Shown here in pieces: positions 52,121 through 64,000 of a stretch of DNA of 64,000 bases; within the stretch, counting starts at the first letter, position 1, and each line of letters starts with the position of its first letter. The stretch spans positions 6,572,001 to 6,636,000 of the forward strand of contig NC_043008.1 in assembly GCF_006345805.1 (NCBI RefSeq), given 5' to 3'. The position numbers were made by a program, and so were the translations under genes. This DNA comes from Octopus sinensis (taxonomy: Eukaryota). The notes under the pieces were generated by a model, which ran no database searches, had not been told where the DNA came from, and saw only the letters and a list, made by a program, of their open reading frames with translations.

Positions 52121-53525
52121 TCCTTGAACCATTGCGTCTTCCTCGTTAAGATCAACACAGATCTAACGACATTAATTTACGACAGAATTTACGACATTAA
52201 TTTATGACAAACAAGTTCCAACATAGACATCAGAATTTTAGAAGATATTTAAAAAGTAATTTTTATGGTAACATTTATCAAATATTTAATTACTAAATTA
52301 TTGGAAAGGATAAAATAAAATTTAGCATAATATAATAATAGTAAAACTTAAGCATAATATAATCATATAATTAGTACAAAGCTAGCAGTTTTGAGCAAAG
52401 GGCTAAATGGATTACATTGGCCTCTTTGCTCAACTGGTACTAGTTTTATCAAAGCCAAAAGGATCAGAGGCAAAGTTGACCCCAACAGAATTTGAACTCA
52501 GAATGAAAAGATGGATGATATGCTGCTAAGGATTTGACCTGGCTTGCTAGCTATTCTGCCAGCTTGGCATCGTAGCATAATATAATAATGCAAACTGTAT
52601 TTTAAAATGGAACTTTTTTGAGCTTTTCAGGTTTGAAGAATAATACCAGTTGGTAAACTTCTTAGCAAAAGTCTAATAGGGTGTCATGTCTAGTTTTAAT
52701 TGGTTTCACTCTCACTTTTAAAACCATTATTTTAAATTGTCAAGAATGGCCTTGAGTAAGTCAGAAACATCACGAAACCTAAGTTTTGTTTTAATAACAA
52801 ATCTTATCAATTATGTTTATGTAGGAAAAAGAATGGATTCTTTTCCAGAACAACATTTAATTGGTGTAATAGCAATCCAACTTGTCATTCGTATGTGACA
52901 CTTGATTGATGGGTATTATGTTATAAACATTGATTAATACAAAAGTATTAATATCCCTTACTTGCTTACTCCATCTGTCTCTCTGTCTCTGTGTCTCTGT
53001 GTCTCTCTCTCTCTCTCTTTCTCTCAACTTCCTCTCCTTCCTTGTTCTACTGAGGTAGCCAAGTATCTCCTTGATAGTAAGAGGGCTACCTCTGTTGCTT
53101 TATCATACCCTAATCTCTTGGTTCCACTACCTCTGTCAGCTGAGAGGTCCTTTTCATGAGTGCTGGTGTCACATGAAAAGCACCTGTGTTGATGCCACTT
53201 AAAGAGCAACTGTGCCAGTGTCACACATAAAGCCCCCATGGTGGCGTAAATCTGTTGCCTGTTTATATTTGCACACTTTAACAGTAAGTACATGCAATGC
53301 CCTTGTTGTCAGTTCTCTTGTCGCCAATTTCTCCACTTGGTTTGTATCTTCGTAGACAAGTGAAACAAGAAATCCCTTGCTTAGAAAATAGTCAGGTGAT
53401 AAGAATGGCATTGGATTGTAAAATAATATATTCATCACATCCATGCAAGCATGGAAGAAAAGAGTGGTCAAATAATGATGAACATCTATATATAAGTGTG
53501 TGAATATATATATATATATATATAT

Positions 53526-53840
53526 GGTGGAGGCGCAATGGCCCAGTGGTTAGAGCAGTGAACTCGTGGTTGTAGGATCGTAGTTTCGATTCCCAGTCCG
53601 GGCGTTGTGAGTGTTTATTGAGTGAAAACACCTAAAAGCTGCACGAGGCTCTGTTAGGGGGTGGTGGAGAACCCTGCTGTAATCTTTTGCCACAACTTTC
53701 TCTCACTCTTTCTTCTGTTGGCCTGCTTGCTTAGCCAGTGGGGTGGTGTCATTTGAAGGCTAAAACAATGCGAAGCGCATTGTGACCAGCGATGTGTAGC
53801 AACATCTGATAGCCTGGTCGGTCATGGTGATCACAGTGAT
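53526..53840 (+). mobile_element. tRNA-derived SINE family E inserted in (TA)n
   Basis: A box TGGCCCAGTGG, B box GTTTCGATTCC; (TA)n on both sides. Confidence 0.8.
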
Positions 53841-54501
53841 ATATATATATATATATATATATACCTTGATTTATTCAATTATTGTAGTGTAAATCCACAA
53901 TGAAAAGGAAGGCTAAGGTGATAAAATAACTGAAGAAATTGTTGATAGGTGTTATGTTAATAGAGTTTCAATTTATTTTTTGAAATTTTCACACTGTTTT
54001 TGTTCTGTAGCAGAGCAAATTCTAACAGAAGAACACAGGAAACACCCAATTCAAGAAATGTGAGATATGAGTAGATGTTTCAAAAAAATGGAAAATACAA
54101 TTCTACATTGGTACTAAATCAACAAATGCCAAACAGTTGTTATTGCATCTATACACAAAGTCTAAACATGGTTGTGAAAGATTGGTGGGGTGGGGGGTGG
54201 AATCTCCAAGCGTATACAAACAAATAAATGTTGATGTTGTTTGAAATTTGTTTCACATTCGACTTGTTTTAAGAATTGTAACACTGACAAGTTTGACACG
54301 AAGATACAGACGGGAAATTAATTTCATGGAAATTATTTCTTTTATTTTGCGTGTTTTGCATTTAAATACTGCAATAATATATATATGAATATATATATAT
54401 ATATATATGTATGTATATACGTCTTCTCATACACATCTATAAATATATACATATAGATGATAGATAGATAGAGAGAGAGGGAGAGAGAGACGAATATAGG
54501 C

Positions 54502-54536
<35 letters not shown>

Positions 54537-55511
54537 TATACTTACATATATATATATATATATATATACATGCGCATAATTAAATAAATACATATATACA
54601 TATGTATGTGCATATAATGTATGTGTATATATATATATCTGTATACATGTGTGTATATATATATGTGAATAGGTATATTCATATATACATATGTATATAT
54701 ATATATATATATACACATATATTTATACACGTGCCCACATATGTATATATAACATACACGTATATATATATATATATACTTTTATATATGTTTTATATAT
54801 ATATACATACACATACATACTCAAATGTATATAATATATACATATAGATACATACATTCATACATACGTACATACATACATGCATGCAGATATATTGATG
54901 TTCATAAAATTACACACAAATTTATGTTACATGTCTGAAAATACACATGTATTTGCTGTGCATCAAGTGCATATGCACATGTTCATACGTGCACATATGC
55001 ATGTTGTGTGCAGTAGAAATGTCTGTGTGTGGCCAGCTAAAATATTCTCCGTTTATTGATCATTATTTATTGGTGCTAAATTTTAAGAAAATAGTTGATG
55101 TTTGATTGAGTTGAGAAACGAGCTGTCACTTCAACAGACAAGGGCAAGAAGGAGTAGGAGGAGGAAGAGGAGGAGGATGAGGAGTAGGAATAGGAGGAGG
55201 AGGAGGAGGATGAAATGCATTTAAATCAGATTTCCATTAGCAGAAAAATTTGGTTAACAAAAAAGAAATTAAAATGAATTAAACAGTGATTTTATTCGGA
55301 ATTATAAAGAGAAAATGTAATCAAAATTGTAACAAAATAAAATAGTAAATCTGACAGTTTGTTGTATTAATTTTTCAAGTTTATCTCTTACACACATGTG
55401 CACACAGTCACACACACACACATTATATGTATATGCATATACTTATATGTAAGTATATGTATATATACTTATTCATCTATCTATCAATGAATATCAACAT
55501 ATATATATACA

Positions 55512-55676
55512 CTACACTCACGGAGTGGTTGGCGTTAGGAAGGGCATCCAGCTGTAGAAACATTGCCAGATAAGACTGGAGCCTGGTGCAGCCTTCTGGC
55601 TTCCCAGATCCCCGGTCAAACCGTCCAACCCATGCTAGCATGGAGAACGGACGTTAAACGATGATGATGATGATGA

Positions 55677-55721
<45 letters not shown>

Positions 55722-56140
55722 TATCATCATCATCATTATCTAACGTCCGTTGTCCATGCTGGTTGGTAAGCTAGAAGGCGTCATGGTTATCTACAGCTGG
55801 ATGACCTTCCCAATGCCAGCCACTCTGAGAGTGTAATGGGTGCTTTTATGTGCTACTAGCACAGGTGCCGTTTGTGTGGCACTGGTATCTACCACAACTG
55901 TGATTTTGCTTGGCTTGATGGGTCTTCTCAAGCAGGACATAATGCCAAAGGGCTTGGTCGTTGCCTCCTTGAGGTCCAACACTCTAAAGAAACTCAGTCA
56001 CTTTGCCTCCAGGAGGTCCAACACTCTAAAGGAACTCAGTCACTTTGCCTCCAGGAGGTCCAACACTCTAAAGGAACTCGGCCACTTTGTCTCAGTGAGG
56101 CCCAATGCTCGAATGGTGCTCTTTATATGCCACCGGCATG
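55512..56140. mobile_element. Family C SINEs tail-to-tail; the second contains a 42-bp x3 tandem repeat (55963-56090)
   Basis: Plus copy at 55512-55680, minus copy from 55724; unit CACTTTGCCTCCAGGAGGTCCAACACTCTAAAGGAACTCAGT. Confidence 0.82.
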
Positions 56141-56210
56141 GCTATACATGTTTGTTTGTGTATGTGTGTGTGTCCACGCATGTGTGTGCATGTGTTTATG
56201 TATACATATT

Positions 56211-56252
<42 letters not shown>

Positions 56253-56275
56253 CAACAAATGTATATGTATGTATG

Positions 56276-56665
56276 TCATCATTCAGTTTTTGAAGATTTC
56301 TGGCCAATAGAGAAAGAACTGGTTTCTAACATAGATTTCCTTCATTGGAAATCAACATCACAACAGGGTATTTTGTTTGTATGCATGTATGTATGTGCAG
56401 ATTTGTATGTTTTATGTATGTATTCCCATGCGTATAGTTACATATCTAGACATGCTCATATATATTTAAATGAAAAACTTCTGGAAAGTTTTACAGATAT
56501 TTAGTTCCAGTGATGGATTGGATTTGTAGTTTTCGAATTGGCTTTCTCCTTTCTGGTTTTGAGAAGCCTAATTTCTCAAGATTAGCATGTAGGTAGTGTT
56601 TTACATATCCCAGGGCTCCAATAATTACAGGTATAAACCTGAACTTGTAATCTGGATAGGGTAAC
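56276..56665 (-). mobile_element. R4/Dong-clade LINE 3' fragment, same family as 39107
   Basis: Minus strand reads YPDYKFRFIPVIIGALGYVKHYLHANLEKLGFSKPERRKPIRKLQIQSITGT; (TATG)n on both sides. Confidence 0.85.
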
Positions 56666-56681
56666 TATATGTATGTATGTT

Positions 56682-57219
56682 CGAGGGTAAGACAAAAAGT
56701 AATACCATTTTGTTTAGGACAGGTATAATTACCAACACAGGAACATGTATCATACATTGAAACGAAGCTGGTCCTCTGTGGATTACATACCCACTTCTCA
56801 ACATAGTCACCATTTTCCTCAGTATCAATGTTCCTCCTTCGAATGAGAGCATGTATCCTTGACCTGTAAAATTCTGTTGACTGTTCTTTGAGCCACTTCT
56901 TCACTACAGTTTTTTACTTCCTCCTCACTGGAATAATGTTTGCTTCTCAAACCCTCTTTCATGGGGCCAAAGAAATGATAGTCAAGTGACGAGGAGGTGA
57001 AAACTGTAGTGAAGAAATGGCTCAAAGAACAGTCAACAGAATTTTACGATGCTCTCATTCAAAGGTGGAACATTGCTATTGAGAGAAACGATGACTATGT
57101 TGGAAAGTAGGGATGTGATCCACAGAGGACCAGCTTCCTTTTGATGTATGATATATGTTCCTGTGTTGGTAATTACACCTGTCCTAAACAAAATGGCATT
57201 ACTTTTTGACTCACCCTCG
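56682..57219. mobile_element. Mariner-derived fold-back element made of two 3' ends
   Basis: Termini CGAGGGT.AG.CAAAAAGTAAT / ATTACTTTTTGACTCACCCTCG-TA; both arms encode the mariner C-terminus (VKKWLKEQSTEFY...DYV), and DYHFFGPMKEGLR lies in the loop. Confidence 0.92.
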
Positions 57220-57223
57220 TATG

Positions 57224-57257
<34 letters not shown>

Positions 57258-57260
<3 letters not shown>

Positions 57261-57512
57261 TCATCATCATCATCATCGTTTAACGTCCGTTTTCCATGCT
57301 AGCATGGGTTGGACGGTTCAACTAGGGTCTGGGAAGCTAGGAGGCTGTGCCAGGCCCAGTCTGATCTGGCAGTGTTTCTACAGCTGGATGCCCTTCCTAA
57401 CGCCAACCACTCCGAGAGTGTAGTGGGTGCTTTTTATGTGCCACCCGCACAGGTGCCAGACGAGGCTGGCAAACGGCCACGATCGGATGGTGCTTTTTAT
57501 GTGTCACCGGCA
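57258..57512 (-). mobile_element. SINE family C
   Basis: Tail and core as in other copies. Confidence 0.88.
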
Positions 57513-58218
57513 CACACACACACATACACACTTCCATATGTATATATATATATATATATATGCATACACAAATATATATTGACATACACACATTTTTATA
57601 TCTAGAATCGAGAATACTGATGTGTTTGTATGCCTAATTTATTTTATAATGTTCATTTATAGATTATGTTGGCCCCTTAGAACTGTAGTTTCATTTGTTT
57701 TAATATGAATTCTTTGCAAGACTTGCTCGTTTATCAAGCAACGCTGTTACTAGAAACCATGTGATGGGCAAAAGTGCAGCTCAGGATTTTTATATGCATT
57801 TTCAGTCTTTCAGATAAAGAAGGAAAAATATAAAATATGAAACAGCATCGGAGAAAGCTGGCTTTGAAAATTCCATTAGCTGCCTTCGAATGTAGCAATC
57901 ACATTCAGTATTGAACTGTTATATATGTAAATATATTCTGTCAAAAGCCTCATTGTTGATTTTGTATTTGGTTTGTAAATTTCTTTTCTAAATTCTGGTA
58001 TAAATAAAACAAAATAAAAACAAAGGAAAACGATTTAATTAACATTTTCTTTTCATTTCTAAATGTATGATTTCTCATCTAATCTCTAAATTTGCTGACA
58101 TATCTCAAAAAAAAAAATTTTTTACCACAATACAAAACATAAACACTCGCTCACAAATACATACAAATATATGAATAAAAATGTAGGTACACATACACAC
58201 ACCTCTGTGTAATAATGT

Positions 58219-58430
58219 GAAGGCTTATGGCTCAGTGGTTAGGATGTTGAACTCATGATCATGACATTGTGGTTTTAGCCCCTGGACTGGGTAAACATTG
58301 TGTTCTTGAACAAGACACTTCATTTTAAGTGGTTCCATTTCACTCAGCAGAGAAAAATGAGTATTTCCTGCAATGGACTGGCGTCCCCTCCAGGGGAAGA
58401 GAATTTATGTGCCATGGAAACCAGGAATCT
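58219..58430 (+). mobile_element. SINE family B
   Basis: TGGCTCAGTGG head; GCAATGGACTGGCGTCCC segment. Confidence 0.8.
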
Positions 58431-58441
58431 ATATGACTCTA

Positions 58442-58647
58442 TGTTATGGGAGAATTCTGAACACCCCCACACGACTGAAGGTGGACTAGCCGAATACAAT
58501 AGATGGAAGTGAGTGACCTGATAGGGCCATAGTTGATGGTGTTGGTTCAACCATATTGGTTTACCTGTTCAGTGTGTGTTGATTGAAAAGTGAATTCAGA
58601 GTATTATACCTGTGTTCGAGTAGTACGGAGTGTGTTCTGTGTTAACA
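58442..58647 (+). mobile_element. Possible short solo LTR
   Basis: TGTTA...TAACA termini; near-match flanks TCTA/TGTA. Confidence 0.3.
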
Positions 58648-58661
58648 TGTATTTCTGCAAT

Positions 58662-58879
58662 ATTCTTTTATTCTTTCACTTGTTTCAGTCATTTGACTGT
58701 GGCCATGCTGGAGCACCGCCTTTAGTCGAGTAAACCGACTCCAGGACTTGTTCTTTGTAAGCCTAGTACTTATTCTATCGGTCCCTTTTGCTGAACTGCT
58801 ATAATTACAGGGACGTAAACACACCAGCATTGGTTGTCAAGTGATGTTAGTTGGGTGACAAACACACAGACTCACATAC

Positions 58880-58922
<43 letters not shown>

Positions 58923-59082
58923 GCTTCTTTCAGTTTCCATCTACCAAATCCACTCACAAGGCTTTGGTCTACCCAAAGCTATAGTAGAAGATACTTGCAC
59001 TAGGTCCCACACAGTGGGACAGAACCTGGAACCATATGGTTGGTAAGCAAGCTACTTACCACACAGCCACTCTTGTGCCTAC
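58662..59082 (-). mobile_element. SINE family A, full-length
   Basis: Colinear with family A. Confidence 0.9.
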
Positions 59083-60096
59083 AGGTTATTTTTAGATAAC
59101 CACAACCAACTATTTATTTGTGTAATACCATTTTACACCAGACCTGTACACCCATCCATGCCACAACACTTGGAAAGGATCTTTCCCATCTTATTGTTAT
59201 ATAATGATAGTAACCAATATAAAAGCTGGTTGGCTGGTTGGCTGGCTGGTTGATTTCTCCAGTCCAGCTTTACATCATGCAAAGAGAGGAGTGGAGAGAG
59301 TAACAAAGAGATACAGTGAAAGTTAACATGAGAGGAACGGGATGAGTTCACACTCTCACCCAACAGAGAGAAAGGATCATAGAAACAGGGGAGGAGGAGG
59401 AAGGGGAGGAAATGAGAGTGGAGTTAAGGGAGGAGTTATGCAAATGCAAAAATGAAGAGAAACATTTCATTAGAAGCTAATTTTTTCTCTCCCTAAACCA
59501 GCTGAAGAAGTGATTAGATGCGGCAACAATTCAATGCCTTGGAAATTTACTGTAAGCAGCATATTTTGTTTATATGAGTGAATTCATGAAGCAATATTTC
59601 CATTTATTTCACATAGAAATTCCTTTGAGGTTCAACTAATTTTTAAGTATCAGAATTATATTCTCAGCGAAAAATGCTTTGATATGATGAATTAAAAATG
59701 TGCCTTGTGAGATTCAGATGTGTCTAGTAACCATATGTGTGTATGTGTGTGCGTGTGTGTATGTGTGTGTGCTTGTGTGTGCATGTGTGCATGTGTATGT
59801 GTCCATGTGTATGTGTGTGTGTGTGTGCATGTGTATGTGTGCATGTGTGTGTATATATATACATACATATATGCATATATATTATATATACATACATGAA
59901 TATTTATATATGTATATATATGTGTGTGTATGTATATATATAAGTAAATATATACATATACATATAAGTGTATATATGTATGTGTATATGTGTGTGCATC
60001 AATATATATATATATGTATGTATATATATATATATATAATATATATATATATTATATATATATATATATAAATATGTATGTATATATAAATATGTA

Positions 60097-60132
<36 letters not shown>

Positions 60133-60515
60133 TATATATATGACATATATATATATGTGTGTGTGTGTATATATATATATGACACATGCCTATGTGTATC
60201 AATGTCTATATACAATCCATAATATATATATGATTAAAATTGTATCATTTTGGGGAAGACAGAAGAATAAATATGTGCATGTACATACCCAACAGGAAGA
60301 ACTCAACAAAAAGGAGCAACTTACCTGTAAAAGAAAAAGAAAACAAAAATGGTTATATTAATCTTTGCTGAAACAAATTATTCTCTTGACAAACAAATGT
60401 AAAGGAAAGGTAAAAAATAAATATTTGGTGGCAATATATATTCAGAAATCAAATAGTCAGTTTTCAAAAGTACAAGAAAATGTATACAATTTTGTACATA
60501 CAGATGTATGTGTAC

Positions 60516-60550
<35 letters not shown>

Positions 60551-60675
60551 AAAATTTCACTTACAACTTCAGTAAATTATGATGAATGTATTTTATTCTG
60601 ATTCGTTAGTTGGAATCAGTTTTTCATGACAATATCTAAGATGATACAGTAATATTAGAAATGACAACAACGATG

Positions 60676-60735
<60 letters not shown>

Positions 60736-60748
60736 GTAATAACAATAA

Positions 60749-61205
60749 ATGCCCTGATGCAGTGCCAAGTAGTGGCTCTCATGGTTTCTATGCCCTGATG
60801 CAGTACCAGGCAGTGGTTCTCATGGCTTCTGATCTTAACTGATTGGAAGTGTTATCATGTACATTGTTTTGTCTTTGTATAAAAGATGGGCTACAGCAAA
60901 TATTCTGCTCAATACCACAGATTTGTTTGTCAGTTGTTTGACCTTAACCAGTTGAGCATGTCCCTTAGTAGTTGAAGATATGTGCATCTCTGACCACGAG
61001 CAGAAGTAGTGGGGGAGCTTCATAGCTATGCGTCAAGAGGGATTTTTTGGGGTTTGGATAATTCACCTCTGGAAACATGGATGTTTTTTTCATCATCCTT
61101 AAACTGTCCTTATTCAGGAACCTTTTGGGTGGGATGGCCTACTTGACCTGAAAAAATTTCTAACTGGGTCCTACCTGCAAGTTCATGTGCTATTTATCTT
61201 GAGAT
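60749..61205 (+). mobile_element. Non-coding element starting at a (TAA)n tract, with a duplicated 41-bp 5' end
   Basis: ATGCCCTGATGCAGT.CCA.G.AGTGG.TCTCATGG.TTCT occurs twice (60749, 60790) directly after (TAA)n. Confidence 0.5.
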
Positions 61206-61435
61206 GTAAACAGTAGCAGCATGACATTGTGAAGTATATTTGCCACCTAAATGTGGCTGACCCATAGGGGACGATGCTACTGTTGTTTATAGCCCCAGGA
61301 AGACATCTCCTCCAGCTGGCTATTGACACACTGTCTATGCATTATCAATATATATATATACATACACAAACACACACACATATATATGTATAGATAGATA
61401 CAGAGAGAGAGAGAGAGGTGCAGGAATGTCTGTCT

Positions 61436-61612
61436 ATAGGTGCATGAGTGGTATTGTGGTAAGTGGCTTGCTTCCCAACCACATCGTTCTGGGTTCAGTC
61501 CCACTACGTGGCACCTTAGGCAAGTGTCTTCTACTATAGCCTCAGGCCGACCAAAGCCTTGTGAGTGGATTTGGTAGACAGAAACTGAAAGAAGCCCATC
61601 ATATATATATAT
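61436..61612 (+). mobile_element. SINE family A, 5' half
   Basis: Head and core, ending in (TA)n. Confidence 0.88.
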
Positions 61613-61621
61613 TTGTATATA

Positions 61622-62227
61622 CAAGGGTTGGACAAAATAATGGAAACACCTAGCATCATAATTTTGAAATATCTATAAAACCGTCAAAAGCTTGTTAATT
61701 TTTATGTTTTTTTATTTATTATTAGTGTTGCTTAATATGCTTTGCTAAAATTGCTGTTTCTTTTCAGATATCATCAGAAAAAGGTAATTAAAATTCATTA
61801 AAATGACAGATCTATGGAACTTTCAAAGAGGTCAAATTGTTGGTGCAGGCACTAGAGTAACAAAAACGGCTGAAATGTTTGGTGTATCAAGAAGTACTCT
61901 CTCAAAAGTAATGGCAGAAAGAGGGAAAAACCTCCTCGTCAAAATGAAACTCCGAAAGAAAACCAAAACTTTCAGATAGGGACTGTCGGACTCTTATGTG
62001 AATTGTTAGAAAGGATGACAAAAGTACAGCTCCCAAAATTACTGCAGAGCTTAATGAACATCTCGAGAACCCAGTTTCCACAAAAAAATGTTTGCTGGGA
62101 GCTGCACAAAGCCATATTTCACAGGTGGGCTGCAATCAGCAAAATACTACTTTCAAGACAAATGTTGCAGAGCATTTAGAGTGGAGTAAAAAGCCTACAG
62201 AATTGGTCCCTAGAGCAGTGGAAGAAA
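61622..62227 (+). mobile_element. Tc1-family transposon, left TIR and decayed N-terminal DNA-binding region
   Basis: TA-CAAGGGTTGGACAAAATAATGGAAACAC TIR; ATG at 61803 gives MTDLWNFQRGQIVGA..TKTAEMFGVSRSTLSKVM; 62074-62227 matches 32887-33040. Confidence 0.92.
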
Positions 62228-62809
62228 TACAGGTACTACTCACTTTTGCCAGCTGAGTGGACTGGAGTAATGTGAAATAAAGTGTCTTGCTCAAGGACAC
62301 AATGTGTCACTGGGAATTGAACACACGACCTTACAATCATGAGACGACTACCTTATCCCCTACGCCACACACCTTCACTATGTATACTTACATATACATA
62401 CACACACATATTCTAGTTAGGCATTTCTGCACAACAGTTTGGCTACGAAGTTTGCTTCAAGATCACATGGTTCTTTCTTTAATGCCAAAGTGTGGTGCTG
62501 TGGGCAAATATCCTCTGATGTAGTCTTAAATTAAGCAATGAACTTTTGAGTGGAATTTGGAAGAGAAAATTTGTAGAAGTCTGTTGCATGTGTGTGTGTA
62601 TCAATGTTTGAATTTATGTTATGTCTCATTAGCAGTTCATCAAACAGAGATCTATGAAATATGTATGAGACTGAAATGAATAATTGAAGTTGGTAAGATC
62701 AGTTAAACTCTCTCTCTCTCTTTCTCTTTTGGAAATGGCAAATCTTCATAGCTTCAATGATTGGAAAGAATAAAAGAATTATCAGGGGAAGAATAAAAGA
62801 ATTATGGTT

Positions 62810-63460
62810 CTTTTATTCTTTCATTCTTTTACTTGTTTCAATTACTAGACAGTGACCATGCTGGGGCACCACCTTGAAGTTTTAGTTGAATGAGTTGACC
62901 CCAGGACTATCTTTTTCTTTTCTAAGCCAGGTACTTACTCGATCAATCTCTTTTGCCACAGTGCTAGCTTACAGAGATATAAACACACCAAGACCAAAGT
63001 TACAGGGATGCGAACAAACCAATACAGGTTGTCAAGTGGTGGTGGTGGTGGTGGGGTGACAAACAAAGACACAAAGACACATACGCAGATATATATACAT
63101 ATATCTATATCTATCTATCTGGGCTGCTTTCAGTTTCCATTAACCAGATCCACTCACAAGGCTTTGGTTGACCCGGGGCTATAGTGTAGGACACTTGTCC
63201 AAGGTTCCACATAGCGGGACTGAACCCGGAACCAAGTGGTTGGGAAGCAAACTTCTTACCTCACAGCCACACCTGCACCTATCATGTCTGCAATTTCATC
63301 ATCATCATCATCATCATCATCATTTAACGTCCGTTTTCCATGCTAGCATGTGTTGGACGGTTTGATCAGGGTCTGGGAAGCTAGGAGGCTGCACCAGGCT
63401 CCAATCTGATCTGGCAGTGTTTCTACAGCTGGAATGCCTTCCTAACACCAACCACTCCTC
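62810..63460 (-). mobile_element. SINE family A (62810-63281) followed by SINE family C (63296-63460)
   Basis: Family motifs as above. Confidence 0.85.
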
Positions 63461-63763
63461 TATTTCCCCATCGTTCCAGGGATTGGATCAACAACGCGAA
63501 ACAAGACAAGGGTAGACATTTGAATTTAAAATTTTTAGAATGCCCAAATATAGGTTTCAAGTTTTGACACAAGACCTGCAATTTTTGGCGAGGGGCTAAG
63601 TCACCTACATCAACCGCCAATGTTCAGCGACCCTGAAAGAACGCAAGGCAAATTTGAACTCAGAGCATAAAGACAGACTAACTCAGAAATATTAAATGGC
63701 TTTCTCTACTTCTATTATTTGGAATGTTGGTAATTCTTATTAGTCTTCTATAACAGACATTAC

Positions 63764-63868
63764 AATACATGTTAGTCTTCTCTTTTTCTTATAATACATG
63801 TTAGTCTTCTCTTTTTCTTATAATACATGTTAGTCTTCTCTTTTTCTTATAATACATGTTAGTCTTAT
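63764..63868. repeat. 29-bp tandem repeat AATACATGTTAGTCTTCTCTTTTTCTTAT, about 3.6 copies
   Basis: Units start at 63764, 63793, 63822 and 63851. Confidence 0.92.
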
Positions 63869-64000
63869 TATAATGCACATTATCACACATGTTAATCCTC
63901 GAAATAAATATTATTACATTAAGTGTTAAAAACCGAAAGACGCATACTGCTTGCAAGCTGAGGATTGGCTTATCTTTAATATTTAATTTGGAGAATAAGG

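Noticed and set aside
53526-53600. tRNA genes at A/B-box-containing heads
   Set aside because: No complete cloverleaf; each continues into a SINE body
55840-56310. ORF with 14-aa repeats RSNTLKELSHFASR
   Set aside because: It is a 42-bp tandem repeat inside a SINE-related element, running into a microsatellite
59438-59445. Octamer ATGCAAAT sites
   Set aside because: Several occur across the window, as expected by chance in AT-rich DNA
1259-60601. Numerous 60-300 aa ORFs rich in YI, CV, HT, LS or ER
   Set aside because: They are translations of stop-free microsatellites (TA, TG, TCTG, CT); there is no domain signal
33684-61622. One Tc1 element split by a 28-kb insertion, or a composite transposon
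   Set aside because: The right half precedes the left half and the halves overlap, so they are separate truncated copies

Overview
This window is AT-rich, microsatellite-saturated eukaryotic DNA. The SINE repertoire suggests an octopus (coleoid cephalopod) genome; that assignment rests on recognising repeat motifs, not on a database search. I find no intact host protein-coding gene, rRNA, true tRNA or CRISPR array, and nearly all listed ORFs are translations of simple repeats. The window reads as intronic or intergenic DNA filled with at least five SINE families, several R4/Dong and RTE LINE 3' ends, Penelope-like element (PLE) debris, Tc1 and mariner remnants, MITEs and a Helentron-associated element. 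The most notable signal is a set of minimal type-I hammerhead ribozyme motifs with palindromic helix III. Three loci carry them as divergent inverted pairs, one with a U3-A8 covariant core, and one copy looks near-intact; most sit in (TA)n tracts. Also of note are a likely (CATA)n-targeting R4/Dong lineage, a MITE with 9-bp target duplication and telomeric repeats, a mariner fold-back built from two 3' ends, and a possible decayed Cys-rich gene. Coordinates were read by hand, so repeat boundaries are approximate.
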